Positions 52,735 to 64,000 of a stretch of DNA of 64,000 bases are shown here, one piece after another. Made by a program: the position numbers and the translations under genes. The stretch lies in assembly GCA_040954595.2 (NCBI GenBank), contig CM082578.2, forward strand, positions 6,867,519 to 6,931,518, read 5' to 3'. This stretch comes from Balanoglossus misakiensis (taxonomy: Eukaryota; Animalia; Hemichordata). Positions within the stretch are counted from its first letter, which is position 1, and each line of letters opens with the position of its first letter. The notes under the pieces are model-generated. The model was not told the DNA's origin and ran no database searches. It saw only the letters and a program-made list of their open reading frames with translations.

Positions 52735-53291
52735 GTATGGATTTCTTTGTACATGACATGGTGTAGTGTGAAATGGTTTTCTATTCTTGATCGTGTTCTT
52801 ACTCTACGTGCGTTTCGATCGCTTTGCGTGACTGTTGAAAAGTACGTCAACAAATAGCCCGTGCACGTACCAGGTTTTGCGCTGTACATTTGGCGTGAGT
52901 AGTCTGTAATGCTATAGGCCTAATTTTGGCTCACAGGCCTGTATTGATCGGATAAAACCTAGATTTAGCTGAAGTTTCTAGAATAAGTATCGGCTACCAG
53001 GAACAGAGCGACGAGGAACAAGCGACAGGAAGAAACCACCTGTTGTAAAGTGATACGTGTGGTGACTTACAGAAACAAGTCTAACATTTTGACCCTATAC
53101 ATGTATGTAAATTTATAATATTTCAGATTGTCTTAAAATATGGGAAACAGCAAATGGCAGTCAACTGCTAAAACTGAGAGAGACTTTTGAACAGGCAACT
53201 CTGTCTCTTATGAAACAATTCAGGGATGGATCCTTAAATAATGGAGGTACGGTGTTCTGTGGCTTTCAAATCATATAACCTCTTATGTACA

Positions 53292-53539
<248 letters not shown>

Positions 53540-53615
53540 TTGAAAGGGACATATTTGTAACATTTTTCTTATTTTTATCAATATTAAATACTAGTAATTT
53601 TCTTTTTTTGCACAG

Positions 53616-56600
53616 ATAAACTGGTGATTGTCAACTTCCTGTTTGAAACTGGGTATGTTTCGCTGGTAACGGAACCACCCGAAGAGAGAGAAATGATGGA
53701 GTTTTCTGAGACAGAAGAATCTCTGGAGGAAGATATTCAAGAAATGATTGGAGGAGGGAGAAAAAACATCAGTAGTACTTTTCTGGATTCAGTCCCACTT
53801 CCTGGAAAAGACCTTGATTGCGCACAACGTAAAGTTCTACAGCCATCACAACCTATTTCAGCCATGCAAACTACAATTGTGCCTCACCCAAATGAGCCCA
53901 CAAAGTCAACAGTTAAGAATCTTCATGAGGGCGCTGTCCCGTCCAGTGATGAAATAATGACTATAATGACCAGTTCAGGAAAACAATCTTTTCATTCATG
54001 GAAATCGAATCAAGGATGTAACAGCCATTGTGACACTTCACAGGAAACTTTCAAAGACATTCAAACGGAGGTGGTCAGGAACCAACAGAAATCAGCTCCT
54101 CCAGAAGTGCAGCCACCAGGAGATCTGTTAGATTTAACATGGGAACCCGAGTCTTCTGTGTATCACAACGCAATCGAGTCGTTCATGAAGGAATTTCCAA
54201 TCAATGAATGCAGCAATGCTGACTTGTTAATTGGAAATGCAAATCTCGCTGATGATGTTCGAGCTACGGAAGTAAACAATTCAGATGTTAAAGACATGAG
54301 ACAGCACAGTGTAAGGACTGAGAGTGGTGTTCCTGGTACATCAATGGATGCAAATGCCATATCAGTGATTGAATCTGTAACATCAATGAACCGAGAAATG
54401 TCATCAATGATTAAAAATGTTACATCCACAACCAAGTCACCTGTAGGTGGAGAAGTCACATCAGTGAACAAAACATTTACATCAATGAGTAGAGATTCTC
54501 AAACAATAATTACACCAGCAAGTACAACCAACCCAGTGCTTACATCAGAGAATAGAGTCATAAATCCATCAAGGCAGAGGGTTTTCCCATCAATGAATAC
54601 TCATATTCAATCAATGCAGGCTATAGGCATGCAAGTCAACCCAACAATTCCATCAATGAATACAGGCAGTTCATCAATAGGTTCGCGGACAATGGATTTA
54701 TCTACGGCATCAGGCTTTCCACCAATGACCTCAGCCAATCCTTCAGTATCGACGATAGATCCGAACTTTATTCCAGGGAATATAGGCATTCAGACAATGA
54801 ACACAGATATGGGTATTCCATCAATGAATGCATCAACGTATACCAGTCTATCAGCAACAAATGTTGGTGCACAGTCGATGAATACTGTCATCTCATCAAT
54901 GAATACAGTATCTTCATCAATGGCTACAAACTTTATGCCACCAATGGGAGCCAGTGTACCGCCACAGAATGGTAGTGTAACATCAATGAATATTGGCTTA
55001 CCACTGACTGATTTTGTGCAATCAATGAATGCTAGCACCCCGTCAATGAATTCCAGTTTACTGTCAATGAATACTGGTGTACCATCAATGAATACTGTGC
55101 CATCATTGAATACCGGACTACCATTGATGAACACTGGCATGTCATCACAGAACACCGGTGTGCACATGACATCAATGAACATGGGTGTGTCATTAATGAA
55201 TACAGGTGTGTCATCAATGAGTACTCTGCCATCAATGAGCACTGGTGTATCATCAATGAATGCTCTCACACCAATAGTGAACACAGCTAGTGTACCATCA
55301 ATGATCCCGGACGATTTACTCCTGACTGAAGAGATTGAATCGATGACTGAGGACTTCTCATCAATGAATGAACTAATTCCTGCAATGAATTGTTTCATAA
55401 AACACGAAGTGGGACGTGACCTTGTGAAAGATAAAGAAATCAATACAACTGTTGCCATGGAAACGCTTCCACTTGGAAACACGTTCACGGCAACGCCCGG
55501 GGCAACAAGAAACTCGTGTCAGAAAATCAAGACAGAACCAATAGATGCAGCAAGACACCAAGAAGATTTGAATCTAACACAGACAATGTCACAGAGTGAA
55601 TACGCCATAGGTTTGACGAGGATAATAGAAACGGAAATTGAACAATTTCGGACAGAAAATTATGAGATTCCTGACTGCCAATCTTGCAACCTTGAGCACG
55701 AATCTTGCAGGTGTAACACCAGAGATGAAGATGAAGATGATCAAATGTTAACCAGAGGTCAGGATATTCAAGGTTGTCATGGTAGCAACAGTACAACAGA
55801 ATGCCCATCTCACGAGGATAGGAGTCAAGAAATGCCTGAACAAAATGAAGGCGCTGTGCTCACAAGCGAGGCAGGCAGCTTGGAGTCACGTGACAATGAT
55901 CAGAATGGGGAAGTGGAAAACAGTAGGCGGACATATGAGAATATCTTGACAGGTTTCCATGACGATGACAGACAAGCAGCAACGCACAATTCTCGCACTT
56001 TGAATGGAAATCATACCAGCAGAGGATATCTCCGCCTGCCGAGGTCTTCTTGCTCGCCGAAAAGTTCGGGTGGAGGAAACGACCCGTGCGAGCGGACGAT
56101 GACCAGAGGACTGCAGGAGAAGGGGGAGATATCAGATACAGATACGGAGACGGAGGACGGCGAGGGCAAACGCAAAGTTTACCGCTGCGACAAATGCAGT
56201 AAGTGCTTTAACGGCAAGAGTTACTTGAAGAACCACAGACGAGTGCATCAGCGCGAGAACTTCGTCTGCCGGTTCTGCAGGAAGAGCTTCAAGTGGCACT
56301 GGGAGATGGTCGTGCACGTGCGCACGCATACGGGCGAGAAACCGTACGCGTGCGACCGATGCGAGAAAGCCTTCGCGCAGAAGGGCAAACTGAACATACA
56401 CATGAGGCTGCACATGGGCGAACGGCCATTCGAGTGTCAGCAGTGCAAGAAGAATTTCAGAACCAGACAAGAACTGGCCTGTCACAGCCGAGTTCACACT
56501 GGCGAGCGACCGTTCCATTGCAGGCACTGCGACAAGACCTTCAGCCAGAAGGGCAACCTGACTGTGCACATGCGCGTGCATACAGGCGAGAGACCGTTTC

Positions 56601-56692
56601 AGTGTGCACAGTGTAAGAAAGGCTTCAAAAGTAAACGAGAGTTACACTTTCATCTGCCGGTTCACTCGCAGAACCCTTCTAAACAGATTTAA
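53616..56692 (+). CDS. C2H2 zinc-finger protein, main exon (6 C-terminal fingers, Ser-Met-Asn repeat tract)
   Basis: 1022-aa ORF; six CxxC..HxxxH fingers with TGEKP/GERP linkers; acceptor tttttttgcacag| at 53615; AATAAA at 56755. Confidence 0.93.
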
Positions 56693-57895
56693 AGGCGCGC
56701 CCCAGAGCGACCTTTTGGCCACTGTTGTATGAAAAGTCGATCATGATTACTTTTAATAAATTCGAATTACAGTCCAAATGATGTTTGTCCTTCCTGGTCA
56801 AGAGGAAAATGACGAATCTGTGTAATATATCATTATTAAAAAATATTCACTAACACATAGATACTATACCAGGGCATTTCATACGCCGTTTATCGTGCAA
56901 TACAATTATTCAGGCTGTGAATCCGCCTATTCAAATGCAGACTCGTTTTTATGTCTGTATTTCGACTTCCTGGTTCATGAACTCAATACAGAAGAAATTA
57001 CTTTCTATAGGCCTAAAGACTACATCTTTGTTTCTATGTCCATATGTATTATACGGTGTAGGATTGACCGTCAGTCAGGTATGTGCTCAATTGCAATGCC
57101 TCGGTTTATTCTGCGACGTGATTATGATCACTTTTGCTAAGTAACGATCATTTGTGTTAATCAGTCAGTTTTACAGATACTCTCCTTCCTTCAGTTTTGG
57201 TGGTCAGAGAAGAGCAATTTTTGTGTATCGAACGCGCCGCCATGGTTAACAAGTAAAATGGCATTTTGACAGTCCAAACTATAAAGTTTGACGTCCAACT
57301 CTGATAATGTTTATATCAATATATTTGTAATGTCATGCGTACTCCATAACACATACTCCTGGTGCTGATTTTCAATGCCGTGTACACATTTCACGAATGG
57401 CAACAATACAATCCTCTGTATTTATAGGCAAAGCATATCGACCAGTTACTAGTGTTGTGACCTTCAATTCACCATCTATTCAGGTAGGCTACCTTTCTTC
57501 GCGTAGACTCTTTTATGGTTCATCAAACACTACTCATTGTGTGAAGTGAGAATCTTATGGTTGTTTGGTTTCTGGCGACACATTTAAGGAGTGAGCTTAA
57601 GGAAATCGGGGGAGGGGGGCGAACCCCAACAAGTGAAACAATCTCACGTTGGGCCCAATAATACATGTATGTCTTCCATGATGCCACTTCTTTAAAATAA
57701 GTATTCATGATAATTGAGTATCTTGGCTATTTTTCAACCAGTTTTAGCACTTTTTTACACCGGTATCGATCATTTTTTTATATCTACAAATAGAACAAAA
57801 TCTGTGTCCGTATTGATCAATAGTATACTTTTCAGGATCGTTTTTTCCTTTACTAACAAATTTATTTTTGTTTTGTATTAAGGATTAGAAGTACC

Positions 57896-57959
57896 ATGAC
57901 TACGTATTTCTGTTGCATAGTAGTGGTTTTCATTGCATTTTACATTCCCGGATCAAAGG
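57896..57959 (+). CDS. Sushi/FN3 gene, signal-peptide exon
   Basis: TACTAAC branch point at 57851; acceptor at 57882; ACCATG; MTTYFCCIVVVFIAFYIPGSK; donor G|GTAAG, phase 1. Confidence 0.8.
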
Positions 57960-58311
57960 GTAAGGACGTAGAAATAAAATAAGAGGGAAACTGGAAGTAC
58001 TCTGAAATCCGGATTTTACCTCAAAATAGTCTAATCGATTATAATTCAATTACTACCAGAGTAGTGGGTAGTTTAGCATGGTGTGTTGAGTAGAACAATA
58101 GGAAATAACTCACAAAGAGATCTAAAAACTATAGAAAATATTGCTTTTTTATATTTGTGAGGAATGGGTACTATATTTCAATATGTACCCGTTTACGGTA
58201 CTATTATCTTGTTAAAATTTGTGCATACATTTCCATTTAGTTGTTGCTTACACAGCCACATACTTTCGTGATTATAATTACATGAATCACATTGTTATTT
58301 GATAATCACAG

Positions 58312-58506
58312 GTCGAGCATGTTCATCTTTTCCAAGGACACTAAATGTTGAAATCTCGGATCCAAGTATATGTACCGCGGGACTAGAGGATGGGAGCATC
58401 TGTAACATTGACTGTGTATTAGGATATGAATTGAGTGATGGTTCTACTTCCGCTGGTGCGGTTTGTATTGCTGGAACATGGACTGAAGACCCCATAGAAT
58501 GTACAG
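58312..58506 (+). CDS. Sushi/FN3 gene, divergent Sushi (CCP) exon 1
   Basis: Phase 1-1, 195 nt; C...GSICNIDCVLGYEL...C.AGTWTEDPIEC. Confidence 0.85.
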
Positions 58507-58904
58507 GTACTGATTATATAGTTACACATTTGAACAATATTCCCCTTTCAAAGTCGGAAAATTTTGTGACGTATCGTTGCTGAGGCCAAAAAATGTTGGT
58601 CATATGGTTCTGAACTGAGATTACCCATCTTTGTATGTTTACCAATATATAGCAGGCACCGCATCATTTAAACAGTTACTTTAAACGTATCTGGTATATA
58701 TCAGCGCAGACATTTAACACATGTTGTTTTATTGTATCATAATTCTGTTATAAGATTTTTAGGTTATAACCGCGAAAAAAAAAGAAACTGTAGCCTGTTT
58801 CTTTCATTTCAGTAGTTAGGCCTAAAGTGATGTTTTAGTGTCGAAATATAACACCTATAGTTTGATTTAGAAAAATATTTTTCGGTTCTGTAATTTTGTA
58901 TTAG

Positions 58905-59084
58905 CTTGGTCCTGCCCATCATTATATGATCCAACGTCTGGAAGCGTTTCCTGCACAAATGATTTTTATTACAACAGTGTATGTACATATAGCTGTAACA
59001 CGGGCTATGATGCATCTGGAACAAATCCAAGATTTTGTCAATCGACCAGAGATTGGAGTGGAACTGATGATTTTATGTGTACAG
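58905..59084 (+). CDS. Sushi exon 2
   Basis: 180-nt phase 1-1 exon, AWSCPSLYDPTSGSVSC...CTYSCNTGY...CQSTRDWSGTDDFMCT. Confidence 0.88.
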
Positions 59085-59250
59085 GTTAGTGTTTTAGGTA
59101 CAGCTTCTTTGGTGAGTGACATAGCAGTCTATATACATACACATCGAATCTGTCCGAAATCCTATTTCATTTCAACAAAATAACTCGTAAATTACTAAGA
59201 CCTGTTTTATTTAAAACAGCTATTTTGTCTATTCTGTAATATTTTATTAG

Positions 59251-59430
59251 CTTGGTCATGCCCATCATTATCTGCTCCTACATCTGGGAGTGTTTCCTGT
59301 CCAAATGGTCTTTATTACAACAGTGTATGTACATATAGCTGTAACACGGGCTATGATGAAGTTGGTACAGCATCAAGAACTTGTCAAGACTATAAAATTT
59401 GGAGTGGACCTGATAATTTTGTGTGTGCAG
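59251..59430 (+). CDS. Sushi exon 3
   Basis: 180-nt AG/GT-bounded open exon. Confidence 0.85.
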
Positions 59431-59629
59431 GTTGGTGTTGTAGTTTCAGAGCATTGCAGTATTTTTCTGCGTACATGCAGTTGACTTGTGTTGTTGTGTT
59501 CAATTGAATGACACGACTTGTCATTCCATACAACAAAGTTACTATACTTGCAATGTGCTTGTCGCATATTGGCATAGAAATGTTCATGTCTGTAGTTTAA
59601 TTCTTTCTTTGATGTTATATATTTTTTAG

Positions 59630-59809
59630 CTTGGTCATGCCCATCATTATCTGATCCAACGTCTGGAAGTGTTTCCTGTCCAAATGGTCTTTATTACAAC
59701 AGTGTGTGTACATACAGCTGTAACACGGGCTATGATGCATCTGGTACAACTTCAAGAACTTGTCAAGTCAATAGAGCCTGGAGTGGAGCTGATAATTTTG
59801 TGTGTGCAG
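59630..59809 (+). CDS. Sushi exon 4
   Basis: 180-nt exon; appears identical to exons 5 and 8. Confidence 0.88.
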
Positions 59810-60008
59810 GTTAGTGTTGTAGTTTCAGAGCATTGCAGTATTTTTCTGCGTACATGCAGTTGACTTGTGTTGTTGTGTTCAATTGAATGACACGACTTGT
59901 CATTCCATACAACAAAGTTACTATACTTGCAATGTGCTTGTCGCATATTGGCATAGAAATGTTCATGTCTGTAGTTTAATTCTTTCTTTGATGTTATATA
60001 TTTTTTAG

Positions 60009-60188
60009 CTTGGTCATGCCCATCATTATCTGATCCAACGTCTGGAAGTGTTTCCTGTCCAAATGGTCTTTATTACAACAGTGTGTGTACATACAGCTGT
60101 AACACGGGCTATGATGCATCTGGTACAACTTCAAGAACTTGTCAAGTCAATAGAGCCTGGAGTGGAGCTGATAATTTTGTGTGTGCAG
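60009..60188 (+). CDS. Sushi exon 5
   Basis: 180-nt exon at the 379-bp period. Confidence 0.88.
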
Positions 60189-60391
60189 GTTAGTGTTGTA
60201 GTTTCAGAGCATTGCAGTATTTTTCTGCGTACATGCAGTTGACTTGTGTTGTTGTGTTCAATTGAATGACACGACTTGTCATTCCATACAACAAAGTTAC
60301 TATACTTGCAATGTGCTTGTCACATATTGGCATAGAAATGTTAATGTCTGTAGTTTAAATTTTTCTTTGTTTGTTGTTATATATTTTTTAG

Positions 60392-60571
60392 CTTGGTCAT
60401 GCCCATCATTATCTGATCCAACGTCTGGAAGCGTTTCCTGCACAAATGGTTTTTATTACAACAGTGTATGTACATACAGCTGTAACACAGGCTTTGATGG
60501 AGTTGGTATAACATCAAGAATTTGTCAAGCCAATAGAGCATGGGATGGAGCTGATGGTTTTATTTGTACAG
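60392..60571 (+). CDS. Sushi exon 6
   Basis: 180-nt exon, WSCPSLSDPTSGSVSCTNGFYYNSVCTYSCNTGFDGVGITSRICQANRAWDGADGFICT. Confidence 0.85.
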
Positions 60572-60775
60572 GTTTGTGTTGTAGGAATCATTCATGCATG
60601 TAGATCATTTTAAGCATATTTTTATTTGACTTAAGTTGCTGTCTATATATATATATATAGATATATATTATTTCAGCAATATAACTTTTAAAGTACTTGG
60701 CATAAATTAGTGTCGAAGTATAACAACTGTAGTTTGATTAAACAGCTATTTTTCTTTTCCTTAATATTTTGTTAG

Positions 60776-60885
60776 TTTGGTTCTGTCCATCATTATATGA
60801 TCCTTTATATGGGAGAGTTTCCTGCACAAATGGCCAGCTTTACAACAGTGCATGTACATATAGTTGTGACACAGGCTGTGATGCC
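60776..60885 (+). pseudogene. 3'-truncated Sushi pseudo-exon
   Basis: Acceptor plus WFCPSLYDPLYGRVSCTNGQLYNSACTYSCDTGCDA; homology then stops, with no third Cys, Trp or donor. Confidence 0.75.
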
Positions 60886-61056
60886 TTGATAAAAATCCAA
60901 ATATTTATCGTGTATATTTCCTGGAGTTTTAAACAGTGTTGCAAAGTACTCAATCCAATCCTGTGGTGAAATTGTATCCAGGTCAGCGGGTTTGAAAGGT
61001 CTCAACATCGAGCAAAATCGCTTCGATTAGCTATTTTTCTGTTCTGATTTTTTTAG

Positions 61057-61236
61057 CTTGGTCATGCCCATCATTATCTGCTCCTACATCTGGAAGTGTT
61101 TCCTGCACAAATGGTCTTTATTACAACAGTGTGTGTACATACAGCTGTAACACAGGCTTTGATGGAGTAGGTATAACATCAAGAATTTGTCAAGACTCTA
61201 AACTATGGAGTGGAGCTGATAATTTTGTGTGTGCAG
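61057..61236 (+). CDS. Sushi exon 7
   Basis: 180-nt phase 1-1 exon. Confidence 0.87.
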
Positions 61237-61435
61237 GTTAGTGTTGTAGTTTCAGAGCATTGCAGTATTTTTCTGCGTACATGCAGTTGACTTGTGTTGT
61301 TGTGTTCAATTGAATGACACGACTTGTCATTCCATACAACAAAGTTACTATACTTGCAATGTGCTTGTCGCATATTGGCATAGAAATGTTCATGTCTGTA
61401 GTTTAATTCTTTCTTTGATGTTATATATTTTTTAG

Positions 61436-61615
61436 CTTGGTCATGCCCATCATTATCTGATCCAACGTCTGGAAGTGTTTCCTGTCCAAATGGTCTTTAT
61501 TACAACAGTGTGTGTACATACAGCTGTAACACGGGCTATGATGCATCTGGTACAACTTCAAGAACTTGTCAAGTCAATAGAGCCTGGAGTGGAGCTGATA
61601 ATTTTGTGTGTGCAG
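61436..61615 (+). CDS. Sushi exon 8
   Basis: 180-nt exon; appears identical to exons 4 and 5. Confidence 0.87.
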
Positions 61616-61814
61616 GTTAGTGTTGTAGTTTCAGAGCATTGCAGTATTTTTCTGCGTACATGCAGTTGACTTGTGTTGTTGTGTTCAATTGAATGACACG
61701 ACTTGTCATTCCATACAACAAAGTTACTATACTTGCAATGTGCTTGTCACATATTGGCATAGAAATGTTAATGTCTGTAGTTTAATTCTTTCTTTGATGT
61801 TATATATTTTTTAG

Positions 61815-61994
61815 CTTGGTCATGCCCATCATTATCTGATCCAACGTCTGGAAGCGTTTCCTGCACAAATGGTTTTTATTACAACAGTGTATGTACATAT
61901 AGTTGTGACACGGGCTATGATGGCTCTGGAACAAATACAAGAATTTGTCAATCGACCAGAGATTGGAGTGGAACTGATGATTTCATGTGTACAG
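61815..61994 (+). CDS. Sushi exon 9
   Basis: 180-nt exon; its 3' half resembles exon 2. Confidence 0.87.
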
Positions 61995-62006
61995 GTTAGT
62001 GTTTTA

Positions 62007-62061
62007 AGAACTTGTCAAGACAATAAAGTATGGAGTGGAGTTGATGATTTCATTTGTTCAG
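62007..62061 (+). pseudogene. Remnant 3' third of a deleted Sushi exon
   Basis: RTCQDNKVWSGVDDFICS followed by |GTAAGT, starting about 12 nt after the exon 9 donor. Confidence 0.75.
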
Positions 62062-62859
62062 GTAAGTGTTGTAGGAATACAAAAAAATGTAAGTCATGTA
62101 CATGTACATCATTTACATGTAGGTTAGTGATATAGATGTTAGGGATGGGAAATGTATTTTATATTTCCTGCATACATTTAGCTGTGTTGCTGTGTTCACA
62201 GACGGGACTCCATGGCTGGATAATGACAGTGTTAATTTGATCGAAGAAAGCCAATTGGGATATTGAACAATTAAAATCAGCTTTGAACATGTGTTTTAAC
62301 ATGCATTGAAAACGTGCACTCAAATTAACATTGATTTTATATGAGGTTTCTTGATGTCTTATAATGCAATCATATTTTTACATATTGTTTATCAAAAATA
62401 ATGTAGTAACCCTTATATTCAAGCAATAAGTTTTCAAAAAGTCTGAACTTCACTGTAATGTTGTTATTTTAGTCGAAAATACATTTCACGCCATAAACTT
62501 CATCAACCACCTGTATTCGCCAATACTACAACTAAATATGCTTAGATAAAAACAAAATATGCTCTGCTTCGAATCAGGGTACTGCAAAAAATACAATGGC
62601 AATATATATTTAGTGATCAAACATGTATTACTTATTTTTCTTGCAGTCCCAATTGCGGAAAAAAATATTCGTCTGGAAAAGTAAAATATTTTGTCCGAGA
62701 AAAATATTTCTCTTTGGAATTAGAGGATAAGAAATCCGTTGTCTTGTATTTGCATGGAAAGTCTGAAAGAATGATTTTTGTAGTTTTTTTAACAAATTCA
62801 AATCAATCGATGGTATATAGTGGTAACTGACTTTCACTTGAGACTGTACTTATTTATAG

Positions 62860-63021
62860 TACAAGGCCCTGATCCACCGACTGATGTCACCCTTGAAGCA
62901 ATATCTGAGAGTGAGCTGAGAGTGACGTGGACAGCACCAGAAGTTGTTCGTGGTGTTTTGAATTCATACAAAGTCTACTATAAAAAGTATGTGGACAATG
63001 ATTATGGTATGCCTAAGCAAA
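62860..63021 (+). CDS. Sushi/FN3 gene, FN3 domain first half
   Basis: PDPPTDVTLEAISESELRVTWTAP...YKVYY; acceptor tatttatag| and donor A|GTAAGT, phase 1-1. Confidence 0.88.
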
Positions 63022-63199
63022 GTAAGTCACTGAGTTATATTCATGTTATGAATTGCCAGTAATGTTCCTCAGTGTAAAATATACAAGCACAACACATTCG
63101 TCATGACACTGTTTAAGAACGGTTTTTGAAGAAAACGATCTACCTACAGCAACTGATTATATCCAAATTCAGCAATGTAAATCACTTAGAAAATTTAGC

Positions 63200-63600
63200 T
63201 TTTTAGCTCACGTGTTCACACACGTTGGCTCATGTCGTATCGATGTCTGTCTGTCTGTCTGTAAGGGTGTCTGTCAGCCTGTTAACACGATATCTCAAGA
63301 GCGGCTAAACAGATCCGGGTCAAATTTGGTGGCATAGGTACAGTTTTAAGATGGTTCTGTCATTATTTCATATAATATAATATATAGAATATATAATTAT
63401 AGATCTGACTGTAATATGAGTTATTAAGAGTGCCAGGTTAATTAATAACTAATTTGCATATTAAACTAATCCAGAATTCCTGCACAGATGTTGTCGCATG
63501 TATTATACATAGTTGATGATTTTTGTTCTGGTTAGTGCCATATTTGTGAAGAGACGGCACGTCATAAATTTTCAATATATTCCCTGAATGTTTCGGTGCT
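63200..63600 (+). mobile_element. Helentron/HINE-like non-autonomous element (boundaries approximate)
   Basis: Starts TTTTAGCTCAC, has a short subterminal inverted repeat, then a (TCTG)n microsatellite and AACACGATATCTC. Confidence 0.5.
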
Positions 63601-63721
63601 GTATACATTATTTCCGGTGTTTATATAGGGGAGCTGAAATATATAGGGTCCAGCTAGTATACTGAGCAGAAAAATCCATAGAAACATTGACTATCCGGGA
63701 ATGTGTTTTTTTTCTCTACAG

Positions 63722-63874
63722 CTCCTGGCACAGAAACATCTCTTGTTGTTGATGGGTTAGATGCATATACAGTCTATGACGTCCAAGTGACGGCCATTTC
63801 AACAGATGAAAATGGCATTGATACATTGGAGAGTACATCTTCAAATATTGAGAGTCAACGTACTTCGGAAGGAG
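63722..63874 (+). CDS. Sushi/FN3 gene, FN3 domain second half; the gene continues beyond the window
   Basis: TPGTETSLVVDGLDAYTVYDVQVTAIST...S...RTSEG; acceptor ctctacag| and donor G|GTATT. Confidence 0.88.
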
Positions 63875-64000
63875 GTATTTATATTCAGACATACATTTTG
63901 GTCCGATGAAAGTCCTTGTACCTTTATTCTCTGAGGTATTTAAGATAGTATTCAAAGTATTTTATTAAAATTTAACTGTAACCATTTACTGAACCAGCTT

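Noticed and set aside
54790-55488. 232-aa antisense ORF (FID repeats) and other ORFs antisense to the long CDSs
   Set aside because: Reverse-strand shadows of repetitive or GC-rich coding sequence.
58926-62135. Repeated 64-88 aa ORFs (MFPVQMVFITTV...)
   Set aside because: Alternative-frame shadows of the duplicated Sushi exons.

Overview
Eukaryotic (metazoan, probably marine invertebrate deuterostome; the species cannot be determined) genomic DNA with spliceosomal introns. It holds five protein-coding genes, which I reconstructed by hand from splice sites and phases. Three are paralogous orphan class-B/adhesion-like 7TM receptors (A: minus, about 1066 aa; B: plus, about 948 aa; C: minus, about 723 aa). 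Each has a signal peptide, a somatomedin-B (SMB)-like domain, a twice-repeated Cys-rich 'Y/FxNIxCxxC' module and a 7TM domain, with no recognisable GPS motif and one shared phase-1 coding intron. The fourth is a C2H2 zinc-finger gene (6 fingers) with a Ser-Met-Asn repeat tract. The fifth is the 5' part of a signal-peptide/9x Sushi(CCP)/FN3 gene whose Sushi exons are expanding as 379-bp exon+intron units; it runs off the window. Receptors A and B point away from each other and appear to keep homologous TATA/Inr promoters and non-coding first exons. Repeats include decayed LINEs, TTAA- and TA-type MITEs, a probable solo LTR, a 31-bp satellite, foldback elements, microsatellites and a Penelope-type hammerhead ribozyme motif. 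No rRNA, clear tRNA or CRISPR array was found.
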